NCBI GenBank assembly: GCA_004431415.1
Contig: QPMI01000564.1
Span: 62,001-126,000 of the forward strand
DNA from: Cyanophora paradoxa CCMP329
Taxonomy: Eukaryota > Plantae > Glaucophyta
Reading direction: 5' to 3'
DNA length: 64,000 nt
Below are positions 22,181 through 32,944 of this stretch, piece by piece. Within the stretch, counting starts at the first letter, position 1; every line of letters starts with the position of its first letter. Made by a program: the position numbers and the translations under genes. The notes under the pieces are model-generated. The model did no database searches, had not been told where the DNA came from, and was given only the letters and a program-made list of their open reading frames with translations.

Positions 22181-23106
22181 TTAGTAGAAATTCATTTCGG
22201 GCGGTGCGTCGTAGGTTTCGATTTCGAAAGTGAAATAATGCGCCCAAACCCCGAAATCTAAGAGAGCGCCATCATGGTCGATGAGTTTAATCGTCAAGCG
22301 GTCGAACGATTTTAATTCGCGGAATTCACGAATGAGAGGCACCGTAGTGGACGTGTCGAAGTGGTAGATATCACCATGTTCGAGTTCCTGTGGGATTGGA
22401 ATGCGCATGAAATAACCATCGACGTGCTTGTTGACTGAGCGAATAAACGGCGCAAATTCGTCAATATATAGCCAGATCATCGCCGCCGGGGTCTCATCTC
22501 CACGAGTATAGCCGCGAATGCGTCGATTGAGTGTCACAGTTCCCGTCCAGGATTAAACACAAGGAATGTATCGCTTGCAAGAGGGGTAAATGTCTCGTAA
22601 ACATATAGCTGAATATCTTTGAAACCGAATATTGCGAGTTTCTTAGCGATTGCTTTGCGATTACTGGATTTTCTGAGTGTTTCAGGGGAAGCTTTGGAGA
22701 ACTTGAACCAAAAGTTACTATCACTGAAAAACTCATAGATCTTTGAAGTAGTATTATAGCGGCATTTAATATATTTTCCACCGAAATCTGAAAGGCGAGC
22801 TGCTTCGAGTCTTTCTGTGACTTTTGCGGCAAGGTCGTCTTTGGTGTAAAATCCTTTGGGGATTGTGATGGTCACGAATCCGGAATCCGAAGCTGTGACC
22901 GAGAAATAGAGTTCCATGCGCTCGATGGTTGCACCAGTGGCATCGATATCGTTCGTCACAGTCGAAAGAACATTGGGAACCGTTGCCTGCACCAGGCGCA
23001 CCGATTTTACGTTGTCATAGCGACGGGGTAATGTCACTACATACTGGTTTGGCTGAGTAAACTCCTCATCGCGATCATCGCTCGAAAAGCTCAGGTATTC
23101 TTTCAT
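22181..23106 (-). CDS. Minor capsid (penton-like) protein 1, frameshift near 22540
   Basis: SSDDRD..YVVTLPRRYDNVKSVRLVQATVP..ITIPKGFYT and, in the second ORF, IWLYIDE..DRLTIKLIDHDG.LLDF..FTFEIET. Confidence 0.75.
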
Positions 23107-23122
23107 CTTACTATAATAGATT

Positions 23123-23968
23123 ATGAAAAGAATAACAATAAATTGCGACAGTAGAGACCTTGAAAACGGCGTGCTGCACTTGAAAACGCGCCTTAATAAT
23201 GTAAGGCGATTTCGTGTGCTATCAGCTGAGATTCCCAATAGCTCTTATGTTGTTCCGCCCGATCAGACAATAACTATAACGCTTCTGAACGAAGAGCCCA
23301 CAGTAATCCCCGCATCCAAAATGATAGCACCGATTCCCAGCATAAACGATTATTATTACGTCGATGCTGATAACGAACGATATCCGAAAGAGAGAGCTCT
23401 AAACAGTGATGCTATACTCGGATTTGCGGGCGGTTCTTTTAATCCACTCGGTCTCTTCCCGGTCTCCTATTCTCTCGCTCTGTCTACGAACCGCTTCGTT
23501 TTCTCATCTCCGAATAGCCCGTTTACATTAGAGTCCTCAGACCAGGAGTTCTGTGATTGTCTCGGCATAGAACCCGGAGTGGTTTACGCCAGCACACCAG
23601 AACCAGTGCCGGTTCCACTCAGAGATTACCCCAGTCGCTACGCGATTATATGCCCGAAAATGGTCGACTTTAATGCAATTCCATATATTTACCTTGATAT
23701 CGAAGAGCTCCGCCCGTTTACCAAATTCGCAGCGGTTACAGGTAGACTGAACAATGTCGACGACTCCTATCTATTGCGAATTCAGATGAACTCGGACTTT
23801 GGTAGATATTCCTTTTACCACGAACCGAGCGCAAGCATCCCTTTCGTAAATGTCACATCGCAACTCGATTTAGATCGTCTCACAATTTCGCTTCGAAAAT
23901 GGCGGGGCTCTGTTGCGGATATAAACGGTCTCTCATACTCGTTTCAGCTGGAAGTGATCACGGATTAA
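23123..23968 (+). CDS. Minor capsid (penton-like) protein 2
   Basis: INCDSRD..LNNVRRFRVLSAEIP..YIYLDIEEL..LDRLTISLR..DINGLSYSFQLEV; paralog of the divergent neighbour. Confidence 0.75.
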   Translation: MKRITINCDSRDLENGVLHLKTRLNNVRRFRVLSAEIPNSSYVVPPDQTITITLLNEEPTVIPASKMIAPIPSINDYYYVDADNERYPKERALNSDAILGFAGGSFNPLGLFPVSYSLALSTNRFVFSSPNSPFTLESSDQEFCDCLGIEPGVVYASTPEPVPVPLRDYPSRYAIICPKMVDFNAIPYIYLDIEELRPFTKFAAVTGRLNNVDDSYLLRIQMNSDFGRYSFYHEPSASIPFVNVTSQLDLDRLTISLRKWRGSVADINGLSYSFQLEVITD

Positions 23969-23975
23969 GCGCTGT

Positions 23976-25469
23976 TCACACGTAGTAGCCCTCGAAATCT
24001 ATTCGGCATGCCGAAGCTACGTTCGTCGTGAGCACCCAGATTACGAGGGTTCTCACAGATCTCGGGTTCGCTAAGAAATGTTCGTCGGGATCAGCACTTT
24101 CGGCTATTTGATTTGCATTGGTAAACACTCTCGTCGCGCCGGCTTCTGTGTATGTGACAAGTGCCGAAACTCCCGGAGTTAATTGGTAATCGATCTCAAA
24201 CGTTTTAATGTAGTTTCCATTTGCAGCCGGCTTCATTTTTATAGAGGAAAGCATAAACAGACGCGGAAAATCAATGCGTAAATAATTGCCTCCCGACCTA
24301 CTACCTTGCGGCGGGTTGGTAAATCCCACCCATCCCGTAGCATTTGACCATCGGGCATTGGAGGCTGTGCCAAATTCCGCGATAAAAGCGCTATTATCGA
24401 GCGGCACCCAATTGGATTCCGGGGGTGCGCTTACATCTGTGCACCCGGACAGATTAATTATGGGAACATCGCCCTCTGAGATATTCATCGTCAGCACTGA
24501 ATACATCGCATTAAAATACGTTTGCTGTGCGGAAACAAAGGCGAGCGCTTCCGTTTCCAAATATTGCAGGTGACTCGTTGTGATAGTATCGAGGGTCATT
24601 TTATCTTTCGGTAAAGGAACGCTCAGCTTATAGTGGCGATCGTAATTCTGATCATCGTTTCTGGGTAAAAGTTCCAGTAGCTTTACGTAGGCGTTTAGAT
24701 CACTCGACTCTAAGAACATGCTGAGAATTGGCGATCCTGTGGCGCTTAGCATCCATTGCACGATCCCCCAATTTTTCATAGTGTCGTACGAATATCCCGC
24801 GGTTGCTTTATCGGCGTCTTGGATATGACCCGCCGTAATCGGAACCACGATAAGCTCCTCCTCGCAAGAGTTTCCGAATAAAGTGCGGGCGAATGTGTAG
24901 CCGCAAACCCCGGGCGAATTATTTCCACTCATGCAACCATCAATTAAACAGTATGTTCTTCCGGCGACTGTGACTTGTTTCGGCTCGAAATAGGTCGGAG
25001 CAGCCGAGGTAGCCCTTGCAGCATCGCGCACAAGCATCCCATTAATATCTTCATCGTTGCTTGAAATAAAAACGGGGGACATTTGAACCGTGTCGAACGC
25101 AGTCACGATGGTGGGTTTGTAGAGATCCGCCATGGTCGCTGAGCCGCAGAGTTCCAGAGCCACAGCTTCTAAATTCGTGGCTTCATACTTGGGGCGTTGC
25201 ACAATCGATGTAAGCACTCGTGGATTCGCGAAAATCAGCGGCAGCTTCGCTTTGTAGAGCGCCAGAATATCAGTGGCAGTATATTTAGGGGCGCCATCGG
25301 TTCCCTTGATATTCAATAGGAGCGCGATTAATCCACCTGTGGATGTTCCCGCAAAGCAGTCGAATAGCTGTTGGATTCGTTTACCGGTTTGGGCTTCAAT
25401 CTGTGCCAGTATAGCAGCCTCGATTATTCCGCGCGACCCCCCTCCACTCAAAGCGAGAACGGTCTTCAT
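23976..25469 (-). CDS. Patatin-like phospholipase with C-terminal F5/8 type C (discoidin-like) domain
   Basis: LALSGGGSRG, AGTSTG, ATSAAPTYF, LIDGC; C-terminal YLRIDF..YIKTFEI..CRIDFEG. Confidence 0.9.
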   Translation of the reverse strand: MKTVLALSGGGSRGIIEAAILAQIEAQTGKRIQQLFDCFAGTSTGGLIALLLNIKGTDGAPKYTATDILALYKAKLPLIFANPRVLTSIVQRPKYEATNLEAVALELCGSATMADLYKPTIVTAFDTVQMSPVFISSNDEDINGMLVRDAARATSAAPTYFEPKQVTVAGRTYCLIDGCMSGNNSPGVCGYTFARTLFGNSCEEELIVVPITAGHIQDADKATAGYSYDTMKNWGIVQWMLSATGSPILSMFLESSDLNAYVKLLELLPRNDDQNYDRHYKLSVPLPKDKMTLDTITTSHLQYLETEALAFVSAQQTYFNAMYSVLTMNISEGDVPIINLSGCTDVSAPPESNWVPLDNSAFIAEFGTASNARWSNATGWVGFTNPPQGSRSGGNYLRIDFPRLFMLSSIKMKPAANGNYIKTFEIDYQLTPGVSALVTYTEAGATRVFTNANQIAESADPDEHFLANPRSVRTLVIWVLTTNVASACRIDFEGYYV

Positions 25470-25512
25470 TATCTTATATACTTCTTATATATCTTCTTTG
25501 TTTATAAAGAGG

Positions 25513-28500
25513 ATGTCGTTCCTGAATCCGCGACCAGATGCACGAGTTATTAATTCGACCACTCAGATAGAGGACACTGATCAGGTAAACACTGAAATTC
25601 GCGGGTCTCTGAGAATAAATTACAATGCAGACCGCGAAGATCCAGTCAGTGGAACACCGAGCAGACCCGCAGCTTTGCAGTTAATGAACGTCGAGAAAGG
25701 GGATCATAAACTTGGAATCGACTTTTTACTTGATGATAACGAACGAAACAGAGTCGCCAGCATTCAGGCAACCCGCCAGCTACCGAAAACGGTGCGATAT
25801 AATCGTAGGAACATCCCGAAAGCATTCGATAGAGGTCGCTTAAACTTCTTCATTCAAGATGAGAGCGGTTTCCAAAATGCAGCTATGAGAATCGTGGATA
25901 ATAGCACACTTATAGCGGGAGTATCCACGCGAAAAACAAAGGTAGAGGTCGTCCATGATCTCTCAGCAGGTAATCTAACGACGAGTAATATTACAGCAAG
26001 TAACATATCTACAAATACTCTTAACGTAAACTCGCTTAACTCCGAGTCGTTTTTCGCCACCAATGTCGCAACCTGTAACCTAAACATCGAATCCTTTGTG
26101 ATTCAGAAGAGCGAATCGGTTCCCCAGATAACAGAGGGCGTTTTCACATTAGACCCCGCGAAACCGACCTTAGAAATTGTCGACAATGGGGACGTTGTGG
26201 ATATAATTGGCGCCAATGCTCCGAATGTGAGATCCTTAGCACTTGATAAAACCACTATATCATTTGCAGAGGAAATTCCGGCATTTACCACAGAGAAACA
26301 GGCACTGAGAACAGACCATGTTTACATTACCAGAGACAATATAAACGATCTTTTAGGCAAGGACATCGTAAAGGCGTTTTTGGAGTTCGAGAGGAGCAAG
26401 AACACCAAAGATTCCAGCCAGGATGGAACCCTCACGACCCACACTACCGAAATCGCCGCTTTGCAATCCGAAATTAATGCTCTGTTTGCAGCAGATGGAG
26501 CGCTTGCAATTACCTTAGCCCATATTCTATCGAAAAGGAACATTTACCCTTCTATTGATAATGCATACCGAATTGGTCTCTCGAATCTGAGATGGTCAGA
26601 GTTGCATGGAGTTTCCATGTTTGCCTCCAATTTAATCCTTCCATTTAATCACTCCCTCCGACCTAATCAGATTCTCACCAGTGATAATGCACTGATCAGC
26701 TACACTGACTTTAATAGTAACCTTTCCCGCTCGGTTTCGCGGACTGAGACCTACACTGTCGAGGGATACCCTCAGCAGATTGCAAATGGGGTCTTTGTCG
26801 CTTATGTAGGCAAACCTACATATACATTCACTTGGGATCAGTTGGGTGTCACAGGTTTCGAGACGACTATACCCACTGTTTCATTGGTGGATCACACTAC
26901 TTATTATAATCCTATCACTAACAATAATGAATCGAATAAAGCATTTATTCAAAATGTCACCTCCACAGGGTTTCAGGTTTCGTTTGTCATTAACGAGACA
27001 TACAATTTACTTATCATCCGAAACAACTTATTGACTTCCGAAGCTACTATTAGTTTCACTCTTACCATCAATTATATCACCCCTGAATTCGATAGCGAAC
27101 CCAGAGTAAAGGTTTACCGAGATTTACAAGGTAGCAATATCGTGCCCTTCTCACAGAATTTCGATCTTGGCGCGAACTCTTTAAGGTGGAACACAGTTTA
27201 TTCTTTGAGTGCAAACACCTGTAATATTGTAGTCGCAGGTTCATCGGCTACTATTGGAGATCTGACCGCGCCTTTTAGAAAGGAGTATCTTAAAGAGCTG
27301 TATATAACAAAGTCTGATTTACCAGATGCTATTTCGTTGGTGCTCTCCCCGACTCCCAGCATCTCATACCACAATGGGAAAGACACAAGTAATGTAGTGC
27401 AGAGAGGAAGTAAAGTATTCCAGGCATCCGAGATAGGATCGGTCTCATATAGATATCTTGCAGGGGTTCCAGCGAGTTTTAATTTCACATTTGAGTCTCC
27501 ATTTGTCTCTCCTCCTACCATTGAAATTACAGACCCGAATCTGTATGTGGTCAATGATGGCTCATCTACCTCTCTTCAAAATGCACCAGCTGGCTACTCC
27601 CCATTTGTTGCAACTAACATAACAACCACCGGCTTTACGCTCGTGGGAAATGCAACAGTGACATATGCTTTATCAGGGTATCCTATTGGGTTGTATTTTG
27701 CGAAATTTAATCTCTCTGTTATCCCAGCAGTTTCCCTTTCTCCTCCCTTCACTGTGAGTTGGAAGGCAACAGGAACTATTCCGCGATTTGACCCCGAAGA
27801 CCGATTAAAAATAAGGTATCCTCTCGATGTGACCGACATTCATACTACGAGGATCAATGGGCAGAATTTCGTATTTAATGGAACCAATGCGACTCTGATC
27901 AATAACAGTGTCACAAATAATTACTTTTTTGATTCTCGATACATTAATACTTGCAACATTGTCATACATAAAACGTTTGAGGATCGCAGTAAGACCTTAA
28001 CAGTCACCTTGCCCACTCATTCGAATGTCTCAGATGGATTTTACTATTATCTGTTAAATCGCTATTACACCTCTTATATTCCATATCCTTCTGAGACTGT
28101 CAGCATGAGCTATCCCAAAGTCACCCTAACATCGACCAATGCTGACTTCTTTGGATCCACAGACTTCATGAGAGACTTCTTTTATTTTACATCCTCCACA
28201 GATGGTCTCTTAGTTTATTACTCTTACAAATATGAGTCTATTGCTACCCAAATCGAAAGCCACCCAAACACTGATGTGATCACAGCAGGCGATAAGAAAT
28301 ATATAAAAACCGCTTCCCCATGGGTTTGCACTGTCCGGCTCGATGACAGATACACTCCTAACCTAAATTACATTGGATTGCACTCGACATGCAATATTTA
28401 TGTGCAAGGTGCGATTTCGGCTACCAAATATTATGAGGGCGGAAATTGTGATGCAGGGCATCGATTGCTATCGCGAAATGGATTCTTTGAGTCATTCAGT

Positions 28501-29238
28501 GGGACGGCTCTACCGCCTTTTATCAGGGACACAGTCTATGATACCACATGCAATATTTGGGTGTGTCGATCTGTGAGCAATCCACCTGTGACACAGGAAT
28601 TATACAAGTATCTCGCAGATACCTATGGTGCAATCTCAGGATCCTCCACAGGAAATCCAGCGACGGCTCCCATCGTGTTTGCGAATGCATACACAGCGCC
28701 AACATCATTAGCAGGGTCGACAGAGCCGCCACCAAATGATCCAAATCCGAACCAGCCTAACCCAGATCCCGATTCACAAGATCCCCCTACAACTAATCCA
28801 GATCCAAACACACCACCTAATAATCCCACGAATCCTACAAATCCAGTCGGGGCACCGGGAACTAATCCAGGAACGTTAGTGCTTATGATTCTCTTGCCGA
28901 TTCTCGGTGCTCTTGGGCTTGTGCTTGCATACAAATTTCGAGCTCTTTGTTGTGCTTGCTTAGATAGAACCATTGCAGGTGCAGGAAATAAATACTCAAC
29001 GCCTGAACTGAATGTGACCCAAACAGCCGAAGGAGATGTGGGGTTAGAGGTGAGATCGGCAGATGGAAACGCTCTTAGTGTTGTAAGGACTGACCGACCA
29101 CCAGCAAGTAGGGCAGCACCCAAAAAATCACGAGCACAAGAATTGGCAGAGCAAACGATGAATAATGACAGAGACTTTATGGCGGAAATGGCACAGCGAG
29201 AAGGGAGAATATATGAACATATTCCAAATGTAATGTAA
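25513..29238 (+). CDS. Large fibre/adhesin-like protein with a C-terminal hydrophobic helix
   Basis: SNI-type pentapeptide repeats, lectin-like FESPFVSPPT..NITTTGF, Pro/Asn linker, LVLMILLPILGALGLVLAY followed by CCAC. Confidence 0.7.
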   Translation: MSFLNPRPDARVINSTTQIEDTDQVNTEIRGSLRINYNADREDPVSGTPSRPAALQLMNVEKGDHKLGIDFLLDDNERNRVASIQATRQLPKTVRYNRRNIPKAFDRGRLNFFIQDESGFQNAAMRIVDNSTLIAGVSTRKTKVEVVHDLSAGNLTTSNITASNISTNTLNVNSLNSESFFATNVATCNLNIESFVIQKSESVPQITEGVFTLDPAKPTLEIVDNGDVVDIIGANAPNVRSLALDKTTISFAEEIPAFTTEKQALRTDHVYITRDNINDLLGKDIVKAFLEFERSKNTKDSSQDGTLTTHTTEIAALQSEINALFAADGALAITLAHILSKRNIYPSIDNAYRIGLSNLRWSELHGVSMFASNLILPFNHSLRPNQILTSDNALISYTDFNSNLSRSVSRTETYTVEGYPQQIANGVFVAYVGKPTYTFTWDQLGVTGFETTIPTVSLVDHTTYYNPITNNNESNKAFIQNVTSTGFQVSFVINETYNLLIIRNNLLTSEATISFTLTINYITPEFDSEPRVKVYRDLQGSNIVPFSQNFDLGANSLRWNTVYSLSANTCNIVVAGSSATIGDLTAPFRKEYLKELYITKSDLPDAISLVLSPTPSISYHNGKDTSNVVQRGSKVFQASEIGSVSYRYLAGVPASFNFTFESPFVSPPTIEITDPNLYVVNDGSSTSLQNAPAGYSPFVATNITTTGFTLVGNATVTYALSGYPIGLYFAKFNLSVIPAVSLSPPFTVSWKATGTIPRFDPEDRLKIRYPLDVTDIHTTRINGQNFVFNGTNATLINNSVTNNYFFDSRYINTCNIVIHKTFEDRSKTLTVTLPTHSNVSDGFYYYLLNRYYTSYIPYPSETVSMSYPKVTLTSTNADFFGSTDFMRDFFYFTSSTDGLLVYYSYKYESIATQIESHPNTDVITAGDKKYIKTASPWVCTVRLDDRYTPNLNYIGLHSTCNIYVQGAISATKYYEGGNCDAGHRLLSRNGFFESFSGTALPPFIRDTVYDTTCNIWVCRSVSNPPVTQELYKYLADTYGAISGSSTGNPATAPIVFANAYTAPTSLAGSTEPPPNDPNPNQPNPDPDSQDPPTTNPDPNTPPNNPTNPTNPVGAPGTNPGTLVLMILLPILGALGLVLAYKFRALCCACLDRTIAGAGNKYSTPELNVTQTAEGDVGLEVRSADGNALSVVRTDRPPASRAAPKKSRAQELAEQTMNNDRDFMAEMAQREGRIYEHIPNVM

Positions 29239-29276
29239 CAACCTTAATTTTTGTAGTATGCAATAATAGATATATA

Positions 29277-30803
29277 ATGACGGAGCCCATAGTAGAGACG
29301 ACAATTAGGAATGCTGTGTTGAATAATCAATTTTACATAACCCATAGCAATATACCCAGTGAATCCAATGACCTACTTGTAAATTTGAAAGGGTATGTGA
29401 CGGGAGCTATGGCTTCCAACCTGTGGAATGACATTTTTGGTTACGAGTTTGGTCACATCTATGACATAGCAAATGGGATTGGCTATGTGGATGCAATGGC
29501 AGGAACAGTCTTTCGAAATCTAAATTGCAACTGTGTGGGTGGGTGGATGTTTCAGATCTGTTCAAATGTCGATCCTTCTATCGATCCCGCCACTGTGACC
29601 TTTGATTGCAATCTGTTTGCCCCCAAAACGATTTTTTCCATCACTTGCAATCTCGTTAACTCCGATGTGCCCATTGTGGCACCTCTTATGGGTGCATCCA
29701 ATATGTATATTCGAAGATACCCTGTGGTTCACACAGGTGGAGAGTATGTGATCCCAGATGATCCAGCTATAATGCCCATTAAAATTGATCTCCCTTCGGA
29801 TTATGTAGGAAGGGGGGAACTGAAAACTGTTTCATTTACAGGAGACTACAACGATCTCATTAATAAACCCACCGCAGCAAATCTACACCCTGTTGCATTT
29901 TCGGGTAGTTTTCTCGATCTGAATAATAGAGCGCATACCCACACAAAGGCAGAGATCACAGATTTCGCTCACACTCACACCAAATCCCAGATAACAGATT
30001 TTGCACACACCCACACCAGAGCGGATATTACAAATTTTGCTCATACCCATTTTAAATCTGAGATTACAGATTTTGCACACACTCATACAAAGTCACAGAT
30101 TACCGATCTTGGAAATGTTGCATATGTTGGTCATACCCACACTAAGGCAGAGATTACAGATTTTGCACACACTCATGATTGGAATACAGATATTTATAAC
30201 AAACCAGCGATTTTCTCGGGCAACTACAATGATTTGACCAATAGACCAACTCTTGATCCCTTCACAGCAACCACAATTAGAGCCAACAACACAATGTATG
30301 TAGGATCGGGTCAGATAGTAGAACCAGCAGGACCTATGTTTGATGAAACATGGTTTTTCCACAATTCACAGAATTACTTTGATCAAACTTTACTTGTTCG
30401 TGGAAATGCTTATGCAAGAAATTTTTATGCTATGAACCCCACAGACAGCTCGACTATAAGTAGATGTATTACAGAAGCAGATCTTACCAGTCAACTTAAT
30501 GCATATTTTAATGGGAAAATAAAAGCAGGAAAATATACTTACACCACTCCTGTATTGAATTACAATAATTTATATGTGTTCAATCTAACCATCTATTTTA
30601 GCAGTGCATTCACTTCTCCTCCTGTTGTAACAGCAACAGTAAGGCATGAAGGACAAGCAAACGCTACAACACCAGTCATATTTACTGTGAACCTGTTGAA
30701 TGTTTACAGTGACTATTTCACATGTGAACTTTTCACTGATCCATATGCAATGGACAATACAGCCAAAACTGTAACAATCCATTACATTGCTGTCGCAATT
30801 TAA
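29277..30803 (+). CDS. Fibre protein with HTH-x-K-x-x-ITDF repeats and an H-type-lectin-like tip
   Basis: About 7 AHTHTKxEITDF repeats, SGxYNDLxNxP motifs, C-terminal FSSAFTSPPVVTAT..IHYIAV. Confidence 0.8.
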   Translation: MTEPIVETTIRNAVLNNQFYITHSNIPSESNDLLVNLKGYVTGAMASNLWNDIFGYEFGHIYDIANGIGYVDAMAGTVFRNLNCNCVGGWMFQICSNVDPSIDPATVTFDCNLFAPKTIFSITCNLVNSDVPIVAPLMGASNMYIRRYPVVHTGGEYVIPDDPAIMPIKIDLPSDYVGRGELKTVSFTGDYNDLINKPTAANLHPVAFSGSFLDLNNRAHTHTKAEITDFAHTHTKSQITDFAHTHTRADITNFAHTHFKSEITDFAHTHTKSQITDLGNVAYVGHTHTKAEITDFAHTHDWNTDIYNKPAIFSGNYNDLTNRPTLDPFTATTIRANNTMYVGSGQIVEPAGPMFDETWFFHNSQNYFDQTLLVRGNAYARNFYAMNPTDSSTISRCITEADLTSQLNAYFNGKIKAGKYTYTTPVLNYNNLYVFNLTIYFSSAFTSPPVVTATVRHEGQANATTPVIFTVNLLNVYSDYFTCELFTDPYAMDNTAKTVTIHYIAVAI

Positions 30804-30822
30804 CTATTTCGTAATTATAAAG

Positions 30823-31878
30823 ATGACCTCATTATTAGAAATCCCAAACTATGAACTCGCCGCGAAATCACTACATAGCACCTCCCATGAAGTTGTCGAC
30901 ACTACACCCGGTTTTATTTGCACTGAAATTACAAGCAATACCTCTTTCACAGAGAACAACATACTCAGAGTCAAAGAAATTCGATGTGATCGAAATGGGG
31001 GCAAGATAAGAACCACAGGTATTATTATCTCGAATAAAAATCAGGTTCAAGCGGGTCAAGTAGTCCCCGATTCAGCAATATACGATAATGTAGGTGGATT
31101 TACCACAGCACAGATAGTTACTTTTGGTAACACAAGTAATAACTCCGCTCTTGTTGTTAAGAGTGGAGGAGCATATATTGGTGATGGGGCGAATGTGGTG
31201 GGAACTGTTACAGCAAATCAACTTAATGTGAGTGGGACAAGTTCATTCACAGGATTGATGACCTTTAATGGTGGACTCTTAGGAAATGTTCAGTATGGAA
31301 CTATCACAGCTACTACAAGAATTAATGCACCTGAGATAGATAATGGGACAGATACAAATGTGAACTATAAACGAAATGGTAATACCATTTTCACTCTCGA
31401 AAAGACAATAACAGATGTCAAAGCAATCACAATTCCGACAAATAGTGGTCTTAAACGAACCTATTGCCCAAGAATGTGTATTTCAAGACAAGCAGCAGGT
31501 TGGTCAGGCACAACCACAATTTCGGCTTTAAGCTACTTTTCTTTCACAGGTGGTGGTTATCTTGTTAACAATGAAGGTGGCTTCGATGGATCTACAACAT
31601 TCACAGCACCTGTGACAGGAGTTTACAGGGTATTTTTCACAGGATTCAGACAACATGCAAACAATATGACTGTGATTATTCTTGAAATAAATGGAGCTAA
31701 CTCTACTTACGAAATGCGAACATCACATACAACAACTTCAACATCTGTCCCAATATCCTATGAAACTTTATTACCTTTAATTACTGGTGATTCATTTCGA
31801 TTGAAGAATTTATCAGGTGCAAGTATTACATTTGATATCAAATATTACTTAGTGTGTAACCTGGTTAGTGCTACATAA
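30823..31878 (+). CDS. Fibre protein with C1q-like head (paralog 1)
   Basis: FDGSTTFTAPVTGVYRVFF; N-terminal ~150 aa closely similar to the next gene. Confidence 0.8.
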   Translation: MTSLLEIPNYELAAKSLHSTSHEVVDTTPGFICTEITSNTSFTENNILRVKEIRCDRNGGKIRTTGIIISNKNQVQAGQVVPDSAIYDNVGGFTTAQIVTFGNTSNNSALVVKSGGAYIGDGANVVGTVTANQLNVSGTSSFTGLMTFNGGLLGNVQYGTITATTRINAPEIDNGTDTNVNYKRNGNTIFTLEKTITDVKAITIPTNSGLKRTYCPRMCISRQAAGWSGTTTISALSYFSFTGGGYLVNNEGGFDGSTTFTAPVTGVYRVFFTGFRQHANNMTVIILEINGANSTYEMRTSHTTTSTSVPISYETLLPLITGDSFRLKNLSGASITFDIKYYLVCNLVSAT

Positions 31879-31900
31879 TATTGTCTGTATAGTATAAAGA

Positions 31901-32923
31901 ATGTCTACACAAATAGCTGTTCCTGTTTTCTGTTATGCCGCCCCAAAAATTCATCAACTTAACCACACAGTAACAGATGCAACCCCTGGGTTTATTTGCA
32001 CTGAAACCACAGGGGCTGATTCCTTTTCGCAAAACTCTGTGATCAGATGTAAAGAAATACGATGTGATCGAAATGGAGGGAAGGTGAGAACCACAGGTTT
32101 AATAGTTTCAAATAAAAACCAAGTTCAATCGGGTTCCATTGTATCAGATTCAGCTATTTATGATGATGTGGGAGGGTTCACCACACCAAAGATTGTTACT
32201 TTTGACAACACCATCAATAACTCAGCTCTTGTAGTAAAAAGTGGAGGCGCTTATATTGGAGATGGGGCAATGATTGATGGAACGCTTACAGCAAATCAAG
32301 TAAACATTACAGGAACAAGCACATTTACAGGTTTGGTTACAGCAAATGCTGGTATAAGTATTCCAAATTCCACACAATCTATAATAACAGCATCTACCAA
32401 GGTAGTAACACCTGAAATAGACACAGGGGGTGATGTAAATCTCCTTTTGAAACGCAATAGTGATATAGTTGCAACTCTGGAAGCCAATAGTTTAACTCTC
32501 AATTCAAGTTATCTAAAATATGATTCTCAGCCCCGATTTTCTGTTCAACTTGGATATACTCATATTGCTACTGCTGTTGCTGATCTGATCAATTGGACAA
32601 CCGTTTTCATTAATAATACGGGTGCATTTAATACAACCAATGGAAGGTTCACTGCTCCTGTGGCGGGTCATTACAGATTTTCAGCATATACCCATTCAAC
32701 AACAAGTAGTGCAATAAGTCTCACTTTAAAAGTGAATGACAATGACCCCAACAATGGGCAAATCATCACAACTAATAGTAGCACTTCTATTCTTAATAAA
32801 CCACTATATATTACTGTTATACTCAATATTGCTATGGGAGAGTATGTGACACTCGTTACTAATAATGTAGGTAGCTATACACAGCGAACAATCTTTTCAG
32901 GTGAACTTCTAAGCATCACTTAA
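31901..32923 (+). CDS. Fibre protein with C1q-like head (paralog 2)
   Basis: FNTTNGRFTAPVAGHYRFS..FSGELL. Confidence 0.85.
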   Translation: MSTQIAVPVFCYAAPKIHQLNHTVTDATPGFICTETTGADSFSQNSVIRCKEIRCDRNGGKVRTTGLIVSNKNQVQSGSIVSDSAIYDDVGGFTTPKIVTFDNTINNSALVVKSGGAYIGDGAMIDGTLTANQVNITGTSTFTGLVTANAGISIPNSTQSIITASTKVVTPEIDTGGDVNLLLKRNSDIVATLEANSLTLNSSYLKYDSQPRFSVQLGYTHIATAVADLINWTTVFINNTGAFNTTNGRFTAPVAGHYRFSAYTHSTTSSAISLTLKVNDNDPNNGQIITTNSSTSILNKPLYITVILNIAMGEYVTLVTNNVGSYTQRTIFSGELLSIT

Positions 32924-32944
32924 TTTTCTCATCTTAAAGTAAGA

